Source: Oscillospiraceae bacterium (GTDB taxonomy: Bacteria; Bacillota; Clostridia; Oscillospirales; Oscillospiraceae). From it: a stretch of DNA of 64,000 nucleotides. The DNA is taken from contig JAFSLL010000167.1 of the NCBI GenBank assembly GCA_017448455.1, forward strand, positions 2,457 through 66,456, written 5' to 3'. Position numbers and translations under genes: made by a program. The notes below the pieces were generated by a model. The model was not told where the DNA came from and did not search any database. It saw only the letters and a list, made by a program, of their open reading frames with translations. Shown in pieces: positions 22,578 through 31,518 of this stretch (position 1 is its first letter; every line of letters begins with the position of its first letter).

Positions 22578-24224
22578 ATGCAGAATACATCAACATTATA
22601 TCAGTCCATCTTCGCTTCCAACTACTGGTGCGAGGTGAAGGTGGACATCGCCGGGACGGAGTACGGCATGGACACCCTGACGAAGCTCCGCACGGCACGG
22701 GCCCCCTTCGGCACCGGGACCCCGGCCCTGGGTAAGGCTGTGGCCGGCGAGCTGGAGCTCTCGGTCTACGCGAGCTCCGCCGCCATCCCCCGCATGGCCG
22801 TCATCCGCCCGTATATCCGCATCCGGGACCTGAGCCGGGTCAGCGAGTGGCTGCCCAAGGGAGTCTACTACATCGACACCCGCGAGACCGACGACAACGG
22901 CCTGCTTACCATCCGGGCCTATGACGCGATGCTCAAGGCCGAGCGCAGCCAGCCCTGGTCCGAGCTGAGCTGGCCGGCGACGGACATCGACGCGGTGAGC
23001 GAGATCGCCACCATCCTGGGCGTGGCGCTGGACAGCCGCACCGCGGCTCTGATGACCGCCGGCTTCCAGATCCCCATGCCGGCGCAGTACACCATGCGGG
23101 AGACGCTGGCGCAGATCGCGGCGCTCTACGGCGGGAGCTTCGTCATGACGGACGAGGGGAAGCTCCGCCTCGTCTGCCTCTGGGACACGCACGGCACCGC
23201 GGATTCCACCGTGGGCGGCGGGATGTGGAAGCTATCCCTCGCCCCCGCCTTCCCCGCCGTGACAGGAATCACCTTCTTGACGGACAGCGAGACAGAAGTG
23301 AGTGCCGGGACAGGCAGCGGCTACGTCTTCGAGATCCCCTGCCCCTGGGCGACGCAGGCCGCGGCGGACTGGCTGCTGCAGCAGATGCAGGGCTTTTGCT
23401 ACCTCCCCTTCACGGCGCAGGGCGCGGTGCTGGACCCGGCCGTGGAGCCCGGCGACACGCTGAGCCTGCGGGAGAGCCTGCGCACGACCTGGTCGGAGGA
23501 GCTGGACTTCGGCGCGCTCTACACGGCGGACATCGAGGCCCCGGCGGATGAGGAGCTGGACCACGAGTACCCCTATGAGAGCACACAGGAGCGCAACTAT
23601 GTGCGCCGGATGAAGAACATGGAGAGCCAGCTCACCCTGCAGGCACAGGCGATCTCCGCCAAGGTGAGCCGCGTGGGCGGCAGCGCGAGCAGCTTCGGCT
23701 GGTACCTGGACGCGGACCGCTTCAGCCTGATGAGCAACAACCTGGAAGTGATGCGCGTGGACAGTGCGGGCCTCACGGTGCAGGGCACGGTGAACGCGAC
23801 CGCCGGCGAGATCGGCGGCTGCCAGATCGTGAACGGGGTGCTGACCGTCTCCAATGCGAACATCGACAACATCAACGCGAGCAAGATCACGGCCGGCACG
23901 CTGAATGTGGGGCGCATCGCCTCCAAAAGCCTGACGGGGGCGAAGATCGCGGACGAGACCCTCGCGAGCGGCAAACTCGCGGACGGGGCAGCGGTGAACC
24001 GGGTGATCAGCAACAGCGCGGTGAGCTATGCCAAGACCAGCTTCCAGGGGACGCTGGACCAGGTTGGGACGAACAAGGCCAACATCGACACGATCTTCGG
24101 CTACTTCACGGGGAGTGCGAACTTCAGCTCGCTGAGCGCGGCGAACTTCTGGCTCAACGGCTACCGCCTCAACGCGGGAACCAGCACCCCGTATGGAAAT
24201 CTTGTGACATGGAGCAACAGCTAA
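22578..24224 (+). CDS. Phage tail tip / host-recognition protein
   Basis: 548 aa. C-terminal ...AGEIGGCQIVNGVLTVSNANIDNINASKITAGTLNVGRI is typical of siphophage tail fibre or minor structural proteins. GAGGAG RBS. Confidence 0.65.
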   Translation: MQNTSTLYQSIFASNYWCEVKVDIAGTEYGMDTLTKLRTARAPFGTGTPALGKAVAGELELSVYASSAAIPRMAVIRPYIRIRDLSRVSEWLPKGVYYIDTRETDDNGLLTIRAYDAMLKAERSQPWSELSWPATDIDAVSEIATILGVALDSRTAALMTAGFQIPMPAQYTMRETLAQIAALYGGSFVMTDEGKLRLVCLWDTHGTADSTVGGGMWKLSLAPAFPAVTGITFLTDSETEVSAGTGSGYVFEIPCPWATQAAADWLLQQMQGFCYLPFTAQGAVLDPAVEPGDTLSLRESLRTTWSEELDFGALYTADIEAPADEELDHEYPYESTQERNYVRRMKNMESQLTLQAQAISAKVSRVGGSASSFGWYLDADRFSLMSNNLEVMRVDSAGLTVQGTVNATAGEIGGCQIVNGVLTVSNANIDNINASKITAGTLNVGRIASKSLTGAKIADETLASGKLADGAAVNRVISNSAVSYAKTSFQGTLDQVGTNKANIDTIFGYFTGSANFSSLSAANFWLNGYRLNAGTSTPYGNLVTWSNS

Positions 24225-24241
24225 CAGAAAGGGAATTTACA

Positions 24242-24502
24242 ATGATTAGACTATTGACGAATGCGGGAGAGAGTTTCCCGCTGGAATGGATCGGGATCAG
24301 CGACTTTGACGGCAGCCTGCGCTTTGAGGTAACAGGCGGCGAGGTGGCAAAGCTGTTCCAGGTCTTCACCGATCCGAAGCACACGCAGGTGCTGACGAGG
24401 ATCTTCGACGAGACCGAGAAGACCTACGAAGGCTATACCTTCTTCAAGGGCATGGACTGGCTGCCATCAGGAAACGTAGTAGTCCGACTGTTAAAGGGGT
24501 GA
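24242..24502 (+). CDS. Hypothetical phage protein
   Basis: ORF 24209..24502. I prefer the ATG at 24242 (GAAAGGGA 8 nt upstream). No family recognised. Confidence 0.4.
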   Translation: MIRLLTNAGESFPLEWIGISDFDGSLRFEVTGGEVAKLFQVFTDPKHTQVLTRIFDETEKTYEGYTFFKGMDWLPSGNVVVRLLKG

Positions 24503-24633
24503 TGAGTTTGGATGTGTCAAAGTGCTATTACGCGCTGAAGTCGGGCGGACTTACCGAAGAAGCTGTTGCGACGGCGCAATACTGCGAAGCAGATACAAAT
24601 AACTTGCGCCTAGTCCACGAAGTGGAGGCGTGA
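24502..24633 (+). pseudogene. 43-codon ORF duplicating the 5' end of the lysin gene
   Basis: MSLDVSKCYYALKSGGLTEEAV... Positions 24508-24567 align with 24634-24693 (50 of 60 nt, including a 32-nt identical core). The stop at 24631-24633 is immediately followed, in frame, by the lysin ATG. Confidence 0.45.
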
Positions 24634-25473
24634 ATGGACGTTAATAAATGCTACTACGCACTGAAGTCGGGCGGACTTACCGAAGAAGCTGTATGGTCTA
24701 TCCTCGGGAACCTGAACTGCGAAAGCAATCTGGAGCCCTGCCGGCTGCAGGGCGACTTCCAGAACGGCTACCCGGCCAGCCACACCTACGCAGAGATGGT
24801 GGACAGCGGCATCAGGTCGAAGGAGAGCTTCGCCACCGATGCCAAAGGCTGGGGCCTGGCCCAGTGGACCTACCCGAGCCGGAAGCGGGCGCTCTGGGAC
24901 TACGCGAAGGCGAAGAACCGCTCGATCGCGGATCTGGAGCTGCAGCTGGCCTTCCTGCTGAAGGAACTGAAGGAGGATTTTTCTTCTCTGTACCGGTTCC
25001 TGCAGACAACGAACAACATGTATGAGGCGACGGACCGCTTCTGCCGGGAGTTTGAGAATCCGGCGGTGAAGAACGTGAGCGCACGGTACAGCTCCGCCAA
25101 GTGGCTGCGGGCCAATGTGGATGTTTCAAATCCGTTCCTCGATCAAGAGCCCAGCGCAGCGGGTCTTGATCGAAAAAGGACGAGCAGTGAAGTGAGCGAG
25201 CTTTCCTGTGAAACAGGGAAGCGAGACGATACGGAACTTGCTCGGACGCAGTGGCCGCCGCGCATGATCTGCGTCGGGATGAAGGGGCTGGATGTGACGC
25301 TGCTGCAGGTGCTGCTGACCCTGCGCGGCTACAGCTGCGCGGTTACGGGAGAGTTCACCAAGGAGACGGACAAGAAGCTCCGACAGTTTCAGGCAGATTC
25401 TGACGACCTGATGATCGACGGAGTATGTGGGCCGCTGAGCTGGGGTGAATTGCTGAAATACCAGGAGGGATAA
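24634..25473 (+). CDS. Phage endolysin: phage-tail-lysozyme-like domain plus C-terminal peptidoglycan-binding domain
   Basis: N-terminal ...ILGNLNCESNLEPCRLQGDF...GWGLAQWTYPSRKRALWDYAK. C-terminal PG_binding_1-like GLDVTLLQVLLTLRGYSCAVTGEFTKETDKKLRQFQ...DGVCGPLSW. Confidence 0.8.
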   Translation: MDVNKCYYALKSGGLTEEAVWSILGNLNCESNLEPCRLQGDFQNGYPASHTYAEMVDSGIRSKESFATDAKGWGLAQWTYPSRKRALWDYAKAKNRSIADLELQLAFLLKELKEDFSSLYRFLQTTNNMYEATDRFCREFENPAVKNVSARYSSAKWLRANVDVSNPFLDQEPSAAGLDRKRTSSEVSELSCETGKRDDTELARTQWPPRMICVGMKGLDVTLLQVLLTLRGYSCAVTGEFTKETDKKLRQFQADSDDLMIDGVCGPLSWGELLKYQEG

Positions 25474-25475
25474 AA

Positions 25476-25718
25476 ATGAGAGATTGGATGATTCGGAGTT
25501 TGAAGACCTTTGTGCAGGCGTTTTTCGGGGTGCTGATCCCGGAGCTGGGTGTGATCCTGAATCAGGGATTCCCGGAGTCGTGGAGCGTGCTGTGGGCGCT
25601 GCTGGCTCCGGTGATCGCGGCGGCACTGAGCGCGGCCATCTGCGCGGCGTGGAACATTATCCTGGAGCAGCTGCAGGAGGAGGCTCCTTACGCGGGGAGG
25701 CATGTGAAGAATGAGTGA
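25476..25718 (+). CDS. Holin-like small membrane protein
   Basis: 80 aa with two hydrophobic segments and a charged C-terminus, directly after the lysin gene. Confidence 0.55.
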   Translation: MRDWMIRSLKTFVQAFFGVLIPELGVILNQGFPESWSVLWALLAPVIAAALSAAICAAWNIILEQLQEEAPYAGRHVKNE

Positions 25719-25971
25719 TGTGGTACAGGCCGCGCTCATCGGCGCGGCGGCGAGCATCATCGTGAATCTGATCGCCGCCGTCGGGAAGAGCAAAAAGCGC
25801 GCCGTGGACGACGCGGTGAAGGAGGAGCGGCTGGAAAACCGGCTCTGCGGCATCGAGCGGAAGCTGGACCTCCACAACGCCTACGCGGAGAAGTTCGCCT
25901 GCATCACGATCGACATCGCGGTCATCAAGAACGCCCTGCAGAACCTGAAGGAGAAGCAGGGCGGCGCTTAG
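25711..25971 (+). CDS. Small membrane-anchored coiled-coil protein (lysis accessory, hypothetical)
   Basis: 86 aa with one N-terminal TM segment (AALIGAAASIIVNLIAAV) and a charged helical tail. Overlaps the upstream gene by 8 nt. Confidence 0.45.
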   Translation: MSDVVQAALIGAAASIIVNLIAAVGKSKKRAVDDAVKEERLENRLCGIERKLDLHNAYAEKFACITIDIAVIKNALQNLKEKQGGA

Positions 25972-26070
25972 CGCCGGATATGGATTTTCCTCTTCAGACG
26001 TGGTATAGTAGGGAACGATGAAAAAATGTCCCGGCGCGTCCGTCAGACGCGGGGGACCAGGGAGGAAAGC

Positions 26071-27270
26071 ATGAAACTACCGGAACAGCTGTCCCCGGCG
26101 GGGGATCTGGACCGCGTGCGGACGGCACTGCTCTACGGGGCGGACGCGGTCTATTTCGCCGGCAGGATCTTCGGCATGCGCGCGAAATCGGTCAGTTTTT
26201 CGGATGAGGACCTGGCGGAGGCTGTCCGCCTGATTCACAGCCGGGGGAAAAAGGCCTACATCACCTGCAATGTTCTCCCCCGCGAGCAGGAGCTGGCGAG
26301 CGTGCCGGATTACTTTGCCTTCCTGCAGGAGGTCGGCGCGGACGCGCTGATCCTGGCGGACCTCGGCCTGCTGCGGCTGGCGGAGCGCTATGCGCCGAAG
26401 TGCGCGCGGCATGTCAGCACGCAGCTGGGCGTTGTGAACAGCGAGACCGCCTCCTTCCTCCACGACCTCGGCGCGGACACCGTCGTTCTGGCCAGGGAGT
26501 GCAGTCTGGAAGAGATCCGGCGCATCCGCGAAAACTGCCCGGCGGATCTGCGGCTGGAGGCCTTTGTGCACGGCGCGATGTGCGTCTCCTTCTCCGGGCG
26601 CTGCCTCCTGTCCAACTACCTGACTGGGCGCGACGCCAACCACGGGGAATGCGCGCAGCCCTGCCGCTGGAAGTACCACCTGGTGGAGGAGACCCGCCCG
26701 GGCCGGTATCTGGAGATCTCCGAGAGTGACGGAACCTATCTCCTCAATTCCGAGGATCTGTGCATGATCGAGCATCTGGCGGCGCTGCGGGACGCCGGCA
26801 TCGACAGCTTCAAGATCGAGGGCCGGATGAAGTCGGCCTACTACACGGGCGCGATCACCAACGCATACCGCATGGCGCTGGACGCGCTCGGACGCGGGGA
26901 GGCGACCCCGCCGGGCGCGGTCCGGGAGTGCGAGGCCGTGAGCCACCGGCCCTACTGCACCGGCTTTTACTTCGGGCCGCCGAAGCAGTACTACCCGGAC
27001 TCCCTGTACCGCTCGACCGCGGAGATCATGGCGGTGGTGCTCGCCTGCGACGGGGACGGAAACGCGCTCCTGCGGCAGCGCAACAAGATCCTGGCGGGCG
27101 ACCGGCTGGAGCTCCTGCTGCCGGGCACGGAAGGCATCCCCTTTACCGCGGAGGCGCTCCGGGACGAAAAGGGCGAGGCCATCCCGGACACCCGGCACGC
27201 GGACATGCTCTTCCGGACTACGCTGCCCGCCTGCGCGCCGCCCCATACCATCGTCCGCAGACCGCTCTGA
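26071..27270 (+). CDS. Peptidase U32 family protein
   Basis: EAFVHGAMCVSFSGRCLLSNYLTGRDANHGECAQPCRW is the U32 signature region. ATG at 26071 with GGGAGGAAAG upstream. Confidence 0.85.
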   Translation: MKLPEQLSPAGDLDRVRTALLYGADAVYFAGRIFGMRAKSVSFSDEDLAEAVRLIHSRGKKAYITCNVLPREQELASVPDYFAFLQEVGADALILADLGLLRLAERYAPKCARHVSTQLGVVNSETASFLHDLGADTVVLARECSLEEIRRIRENCPADLRLEAFVHGAMCVSFSGRCLLSNYLTGRDANHGECAQPCRWKYHLVEETRPGRYLEISESDGTYLLNSEDLCMIEHLAALRDAGIDSFKIEGRMKSAYYTGAITNAYRMALDALGRGEATPPGAVRECEAVSHRPYCTGFYFGPPKQYYPDSLYRSTAEIMAVVLACDGDGNALLRQRNKILAGDRLELLLPGTEGIPFTAEALRDEKGEAIPDTRHADMLFRTTLPACAPPHTIVRRPL

Positions 27271-27292
27271 GCGGCGGTGTCGCGGCGGACAG

Positions 27293-27348
27293 AAAAAGAC
27301 CGTGAAGACGGAGAACTCTTTACTTCTCCCGTTCTTCACGGCCTTTTT
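27293..27348. terminator. Bidirectional terminator between convergent genes
   Basis: Stem GACCGTGAAGACGG / CCGTTCTTCACGGCC (one mismatch, one bulge), flanked by A5 upstream and T5 downstream. Confidence 0.7.
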
Positions 27349-27375
27349 ATTCTCTTTTCCGGAGCTGCAGCGCTT

Positions 27376-28809
27376 TTACAGCTTCCTGAGATACTCCTTC
27401 CAGATCTCGATATAGCGCTCAGCCTGCTCCCTGGTCGGCGCCTCCGCAAACACGCGCAGCAGCGGCTCGGTACCGGAGGGCCGGCAGATTACGAAAGAAT
27501 CGTCCTCAAAGTACAGTTTGCAGCCGTCGATGAAGTTCGTCCTGCAGTATGCGGGAGAAAAGACCGGCAGCTCGTCCGGGCTCAGCTCCCCTGCCTTTCC
27601 GCGTGCGAAGAGTTCCGCGAGCTTCTCCTTCTGATCTGCCTCCAGCGGCACATTATACTCCACCAGCTCGCTCGGGCCGAAGCGCTCTTTCAGCCGGGCA
27701 ATCATAGCACTGGGTGTCTCACCTGTCACGCTGATCATCTCCACAAACAGCGCCGAGGCATAGATGGAGTCCTTGCCGTGGATGTGGCCGCGCACGGTCA
27801 GGCCGCCCGAAGACTCACCGCCGAGGACGGCATTCACCTCGTCCATCTTGGAGGAGATGTGCTTAAAGCCGACCGGCACCTCATAGCACTGCTCGCCGAA
27901 GGAGGCCGCCACCCGGTCCAGCAGGTGCGTCGTCGCGAGGTTGCGCACAACGGGGCCTTTCCAGCCCTTGTACTCATGCAGGTAATAGTAGAGCAGCACC
28001 AGAATGTCGTTGGCGGAAATGTACTTTCCGTTCGAGTCAATCACACCGAGACGATCGCCGTCGCCATCGATGCCAAGGCCGAGGTCATAGCCGCCCAGAA
28101 GCACCTGGTCCGCCAGCGTCTTCAGCGTGAACTCGGTCGGCGCAGGCATCATCCCGCCAAAGAACGCATCCTTGTTGGCATTAATCTGGTCGATGGTGCA
28201 GCGCGTGGTGTAGAACACCGTATTCAGCGGGTAGCTGGATGAGCCGTGCATGGAGTCAAACAGCAGGCGCGGCCCGCGGTTCCGGATGGCATCGACATCC
28301 AGAATGGAAAGGATGTCATCCAGAAAGTCATTGAAGGGATTTTTGACATATTTGATAATTCCGCAGGCGACCGCGTTGTCGAAGTCAATCGTGTGGATCC
28401 GGCCTGCCTCGCAGCAGCGCCGCTCCAGATTCTCCGTCACGCTGACCGGTGCGTCGCGCCCCTCTTCGACAATGACCTTGATGCCGTTGTAGTTGGAGGG
28501 GTTATGGGAAGCCGTGACCTCCAACCCGTAGTGCAGCCCCTGCTTCATCACCGTGTGCATAATCAGCGGCGTCGGCGCGCTGCGGGGCAGCAGGTGCACC
28601 CGGATGCCGTTTGCCGCCAGGACAACTGCCAGCCAGCGCGAAGCGGTCTCAGACAGGAAACGCCTGTCATAGCCGATCACAACCGGCTTGTCGCTCTCTC
28701 TGAGATCATTGATCCGGTCGGACAGGGCCTGTCCGATCAGCTGAATATTGGCCATCTGGAAATCTTTCCCGATTTCCGCACGCCACCCACCGGTTCCAAA
28801 TTGAATCAT
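27376..28809 (-). CDS. Phosphohexomutase (phosphoglucomutase/phosphomannomutase family)
   Basis: Active-site Ser loop EVTASHNPSNYNGIK and Mg loop GIDGDGDRLGV. AAGGAG RBS. Confidence 0.85.
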   Translation of the reverse strand: MIQFGTGGWRAEIGKDFQMANIQLIGQALSDRINDLRESDKPVVIGYDRRFLSETASRWLAVVLAANGIRVHLLPRSAPTPLIMHTVMKQGLHYGLEVTASHNPSNYNGIKVIVEEGRDAPVSVTENLERRCCEAGRIHTIDFDNAVACGIIKYVKNPFNDFLDDILSILDVDAIRNRGPRLLFDSMHGSSSYPLNTVFYTTRCTIDQINANKDAFFGGMMPAPTEFTLKTLADQVLLGGYDLGLGIDGDGDRLGVIDSNGKYISANDILVLLYYYLHEYKGWKGPVVRNLATTHLLDRVAASFGEQCYEVPVGFKHISSKMDEVNAVLGGESSGGLTVRGHIHGKDSIYASALFVEMISVTGETPSAMIARLKERFGPSELVEYNVPLEADQKEKLAELFARGKAGELSPDELPVFSPAYCRTNFIDGCKLYFEDDSFVICRPSGTEPLLRVFAEAPTREQAERYIEIWKEYLRKL

Positions 28810-28819
28810 CTTCCGCTCC

Positions 28820-29929
28820 TTATGCGTATCTGCGGATCATCGCGCAGATCTCGTCCCACTTCTCCTCCATCTCCTGCACCATTTTGATCTGTGTGCGGGT
28901 ACGGACCAGATTGTGCAGGTCATAGGCGGTCTTGTAATACACATCCCCTTCCAGATAATCCGTCAGGAAGCGGATCGCCTGCTCATAGGTGATGCCGAGC
29001 GCACCCATCGGCAGCGTCTCAATCTCGTGCGGCGTCAGTCTGCCTGCGCATCCCTCGATAAAGCCCCGGGTAAAGGCCTCATAGAAGGCAAGGTCGCAGT
29101 GCACCAGGCTCAGATCCGGTTCGTCCTCCGCAGCCGTACAGGCGCCGCTGCGGATGGCGTCGCCGAAGTCGTTCATCGAGAAGCCCGGCATGACGGTATC
29201 GAGGTCAATGACGCAGAGCGCCTTCCCGCTGGCTTCATCGATCAGGAGATTATTCAGCTTGGTATCGTTGTGCGTAACGCGCAGCGGAATCTCGCCCCGG
29301 TCATAGCTGTCCATCGAGTAGCGGGCAAGCGTCTCGCGCTCGAGAATAAAGGCGATTTCATCCCGGCAGGATGCCGCCCTCCCGGCGACATCATCCGCGA
29401 CAACCTTCTGAAAGCGCGCAAAACGGCTGCGCGTATCATGGAAACCGGGGATGGTGTCATACAGGGTCTTCGCGGGGTAGTCGAAAAGCTGACTCTGGAA
29501 GTGTCCGAAGGCCAGGCCGGTAGTATACATGTCTTCCGGGGACGCGGCGACGTCATGGCTGACGGTGTGGTCGATATACGCGGAGATTCTCCAGTATTCT
29601 TCCTCGTCATCCAGGTAGTAATACATACCGTTTTTTGCCTGGATAAAGCGAAGCACCTCGCGCTCCGGGTCGCCGCCCGCCTCCGCGACCTTCTTCCGCA
29701 GATGCGCGGTCACAGCCACGCCATTTTCCATCAGTTCATCCGGATGATGGAAAACGTATTTGTTGATCTTCTGCAGAACGACCCTGTTCTCCTTCTCCCC
29801 CTGTCTGTATACCAGAAGGAAGGTGTCGTTGATATGGCCGTTGCCGAAGGGGAAGAAAGACTTTAGTTCCCCTTCAAAGCCGTAATAATCCGTAATCCGG
29901 GATACAATCGTCTCAATGGGAATACTCAT
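28820..29929 (-). CDS. N-acetylhexosamine 1-kinase-like anomeric sugar kinase (NahK/LnpB family, APH fold)
   Basis: FPFGNGHINDTF, IPLRVTHNDTKLNNLL, IDLDTVMPG and HNLVRTRTQIKMVQEME match my recollection of Bifidobacterium NahK closely. ATG at 29927-29929 with AGGAG upstream. Confidence 0.75.
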   Translation of the reverse strand: MSIPIETIVSRITDYYGFEGELKSFFPFGNGHINDTFLLVYRQGEKENRVVLQKINKYVFHHPDELMENGVAVTAHLRKKVAEAGGDPEREVLRFIQAKNGMYYYLDDEEEYWRISAYIDHTVSHDVAASPEDMYTTGLAFGHFQSQLFDYPAKTLYDTIPGFHDTRSRFARFQKVVADDVAGRAASCRDEIAFILERETLARYSMDSYDRGEIPLRVTHNDTKLNNLLIDEASGKALCVIDLDTVMPGFSMNDFGDAIRSGACTAAEDEPDLSLVHCDLAFYEAFTRGFIEGCAGRLTPHEIETLPMGALGITYEQAIRFLTDYLEGDVYYKTAYDLHNLVRTRTQIKMVQEMEEKWDEICAMIRRYA

Positions 29930-29991
29930 TTCTGCTTCTCCTGTACCACGGGGCGCGGCCTGTCCGTCAGGCGCGCCCCGGTTCTGTTCTG

Positions 29992-30606
29992 TTATTCTGT
30001 GATGATCAGGTCTCCGAAAAAAGCGGGCTGATGAAAGTTCAGTTCTCCCTGTACCGGGTTCCACATGCCAAAGTGCGGAAACGCCGTCTCATCGCCGCAT
30101 TTGTAGAAATTCCCGCGAAGGCGGTCACCCGGCGCGAAGCTGCTTTTGTGGAAGAGCGCCTCGACCAGCGCGACGGAAACGAAATAATCCATTTCCCAGC
30201 AGTCCGGGAGCACCCTGCTCACGGCGACGGGGCGGGGTCCGACGCCGAGCTCCGCGAGAGAGCGGCGGACATAACGGTCCCTGCCAAACCTGCAGTGCAG
30301 TGTTCCACGGGCGTTTGCCTCGAGGTTGAGGTATTCCTCTCCCTGTTCCGGGTTGAAGTTGAGAAAGCACTCCAGACAGCTGTCCTTATATACATCGCCA
30401 TCCTCGCGCGTCTCCTCCGCCTTCGGCGCTGTCTCATAACAGCGCATACGCGCGTAGAAGCCCTCCCCCGGAACATAGACCAGCGCAGCCGTGGTCCGCG
30501 GCTCGTATCCGTTGCCGACAGGATAGAAGCTGCTCAGCTCCGCCAGCGGGGCATCGGACAGCTCTGCCGCGGAGGACACGGTCCGGACCTCATACGTCGC
30601 CGGCAT
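29992..30606 (-). CDS. Carbohydrate-binding family 9-like protein (tentative)
   Basis: 204 aa, no signal peptide. Pattern ...CLECFLNFNP...YLNLEANARG...NFYKCGDETAFPHFGMWNP resembles CBM9-like/DOMON-like proteins. Confidence 0.45.
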   Translation of the reverse strand: MPATYEVRTVSSAAELSDAPLAELSSFYPVGNGYEPRTTAALVYVPGEGFYARMRCYETAPKAEETREDGDVYKDSCLECFLNFNPEQGEEYLNLEANARGTLHCRFGRDRYVRRSLAELGVGPRPVAVSRVLPDCWEMDYFVSVALVEALFHKSSFAPGDRLRGNFYKCGDETAFPHFGMWNPVQGELNFHQPAFFGDLIITE

Positions 30607-31480
30607 AATCCGCCACCATAGGGATCTTCTGCTGGGGGTTCTCGTCGCTCTTGCCGAGGAAGCGCAGCAGATTCAGCCGGTATACATGATCTTTGAAGTC
30701 TTCCACGTCCTCACGGACATATTTGTCATAGAGCGCGTCGTCACGCTCCTGCCACTCCTTCGCCCAGGAAACATTGTACGCGGTGGTCAGAGAGTCGGTG
30801 CCGAAGATCAGGTTGTAGCGGTACTCATACTCGCTCGCGACCATGTGGCGGAAGACTTCCTCGCGATAGCCGCGCGGCGTGCCCGGCGTCAGGTCGATGA
30901 ACATCTCGCAGCTGATATCCGGCCGCGCGTAATGTGCGTTGAGAAACTTGCCGTAAACGGCGATGCACTCGTCATACCACGGCCAGGAGACATGGGCCAG
31001 CGTAAAGCGCAGATTTGGAATGTCGATCAGGGCCTCAAAGTTCCCCGGTCGGTTGTTGTTGGCAGAGTTGAATCCATCCCAGCAGATCCCGCTGTGGAAA
31101 AGCACGGGTTTGCCGAGCGAAGCAATCTTCGCCAGCACGTCAAGGCATTCCGGGCAGCCGGGGTTATACTGACTGCAGATCATCTTGAAGCCGTCAAAGC
31201 CGAGCTCCACCGCGCGCTCCACCTGGGAGAGAGCATCACTCTCGAGGGGGTTGATCCAGTACAGCGGGAAGAGATTCTCCTCGCCCCGGCAGACGGAAAG
31301 CGCGTCCTCCATGCGGCCCTCCGCTCCCATCGCCGCGCATTTGATCGGGTCGGCGGAGAGGATCACGCCGCCGTCAAAGCCCGCTGCACGCAGGTTTTTC
31401 ATCAGCTTCTGTCTGGTGTTTTCATCCGTTCCGCAGTAATCGCCGCGGAGCCCCGTATGGATATGTCCGTCCAGTCTCAT
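30590..31480 (-). CDS. Amidohydrolase-2 family metal-dependent hydrolase
   Basis: MRLDGHIHTGL... N-terminal H-x-H motif and a TIM-barrel-like pattern. ATG at 31478-31480. Confidence 0.65.
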   Translation of the reverse strand: MRLDGHIHTGLRGDYCGTDENTRQKLMKNLRAAGFDGGVILSADPIKCAAMGAEGRMEDALSVCRGEENLFPLYWINPLESDALSQVERAVELGFDGFKMICSQYNPGCPECLDVLAKIASLGKPVLFHSGICWDGFNSANNNRPGNFEALIDIPNLRFTLAHVSWPWYDECIAVYGKFLNAHYARPDISCEMFIDLTPGTPRGYREEVFRHMVASEYEYRYNLIFGTDSLTTAYNVSWAKEWQERDDALYDKYVREDVEDFKDHVYRLNLLRFLGKSDENPQQKIPMVADYAGDV

Positions 31481-31518
31481 GGGATCACCTTTCCTTTCTG
31501 AACCGGTTCCGGTCTCGT

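Larger units (their letters stand above)
7119..25971 (+). mobile_element. Phage-derived island: regulator gene, cargo segment, and packaging/head/tail/lysis cluster (defective prophage or GTA/PBSX-like element)
   Basis: Flanked by sugar-operon and housekeeping genes. It contains TerL, portal, scaffold, capsid, tail, tape measure, lysin and holin-like genes. No recombinase or replication genes are visible. Confidence 0.7.
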
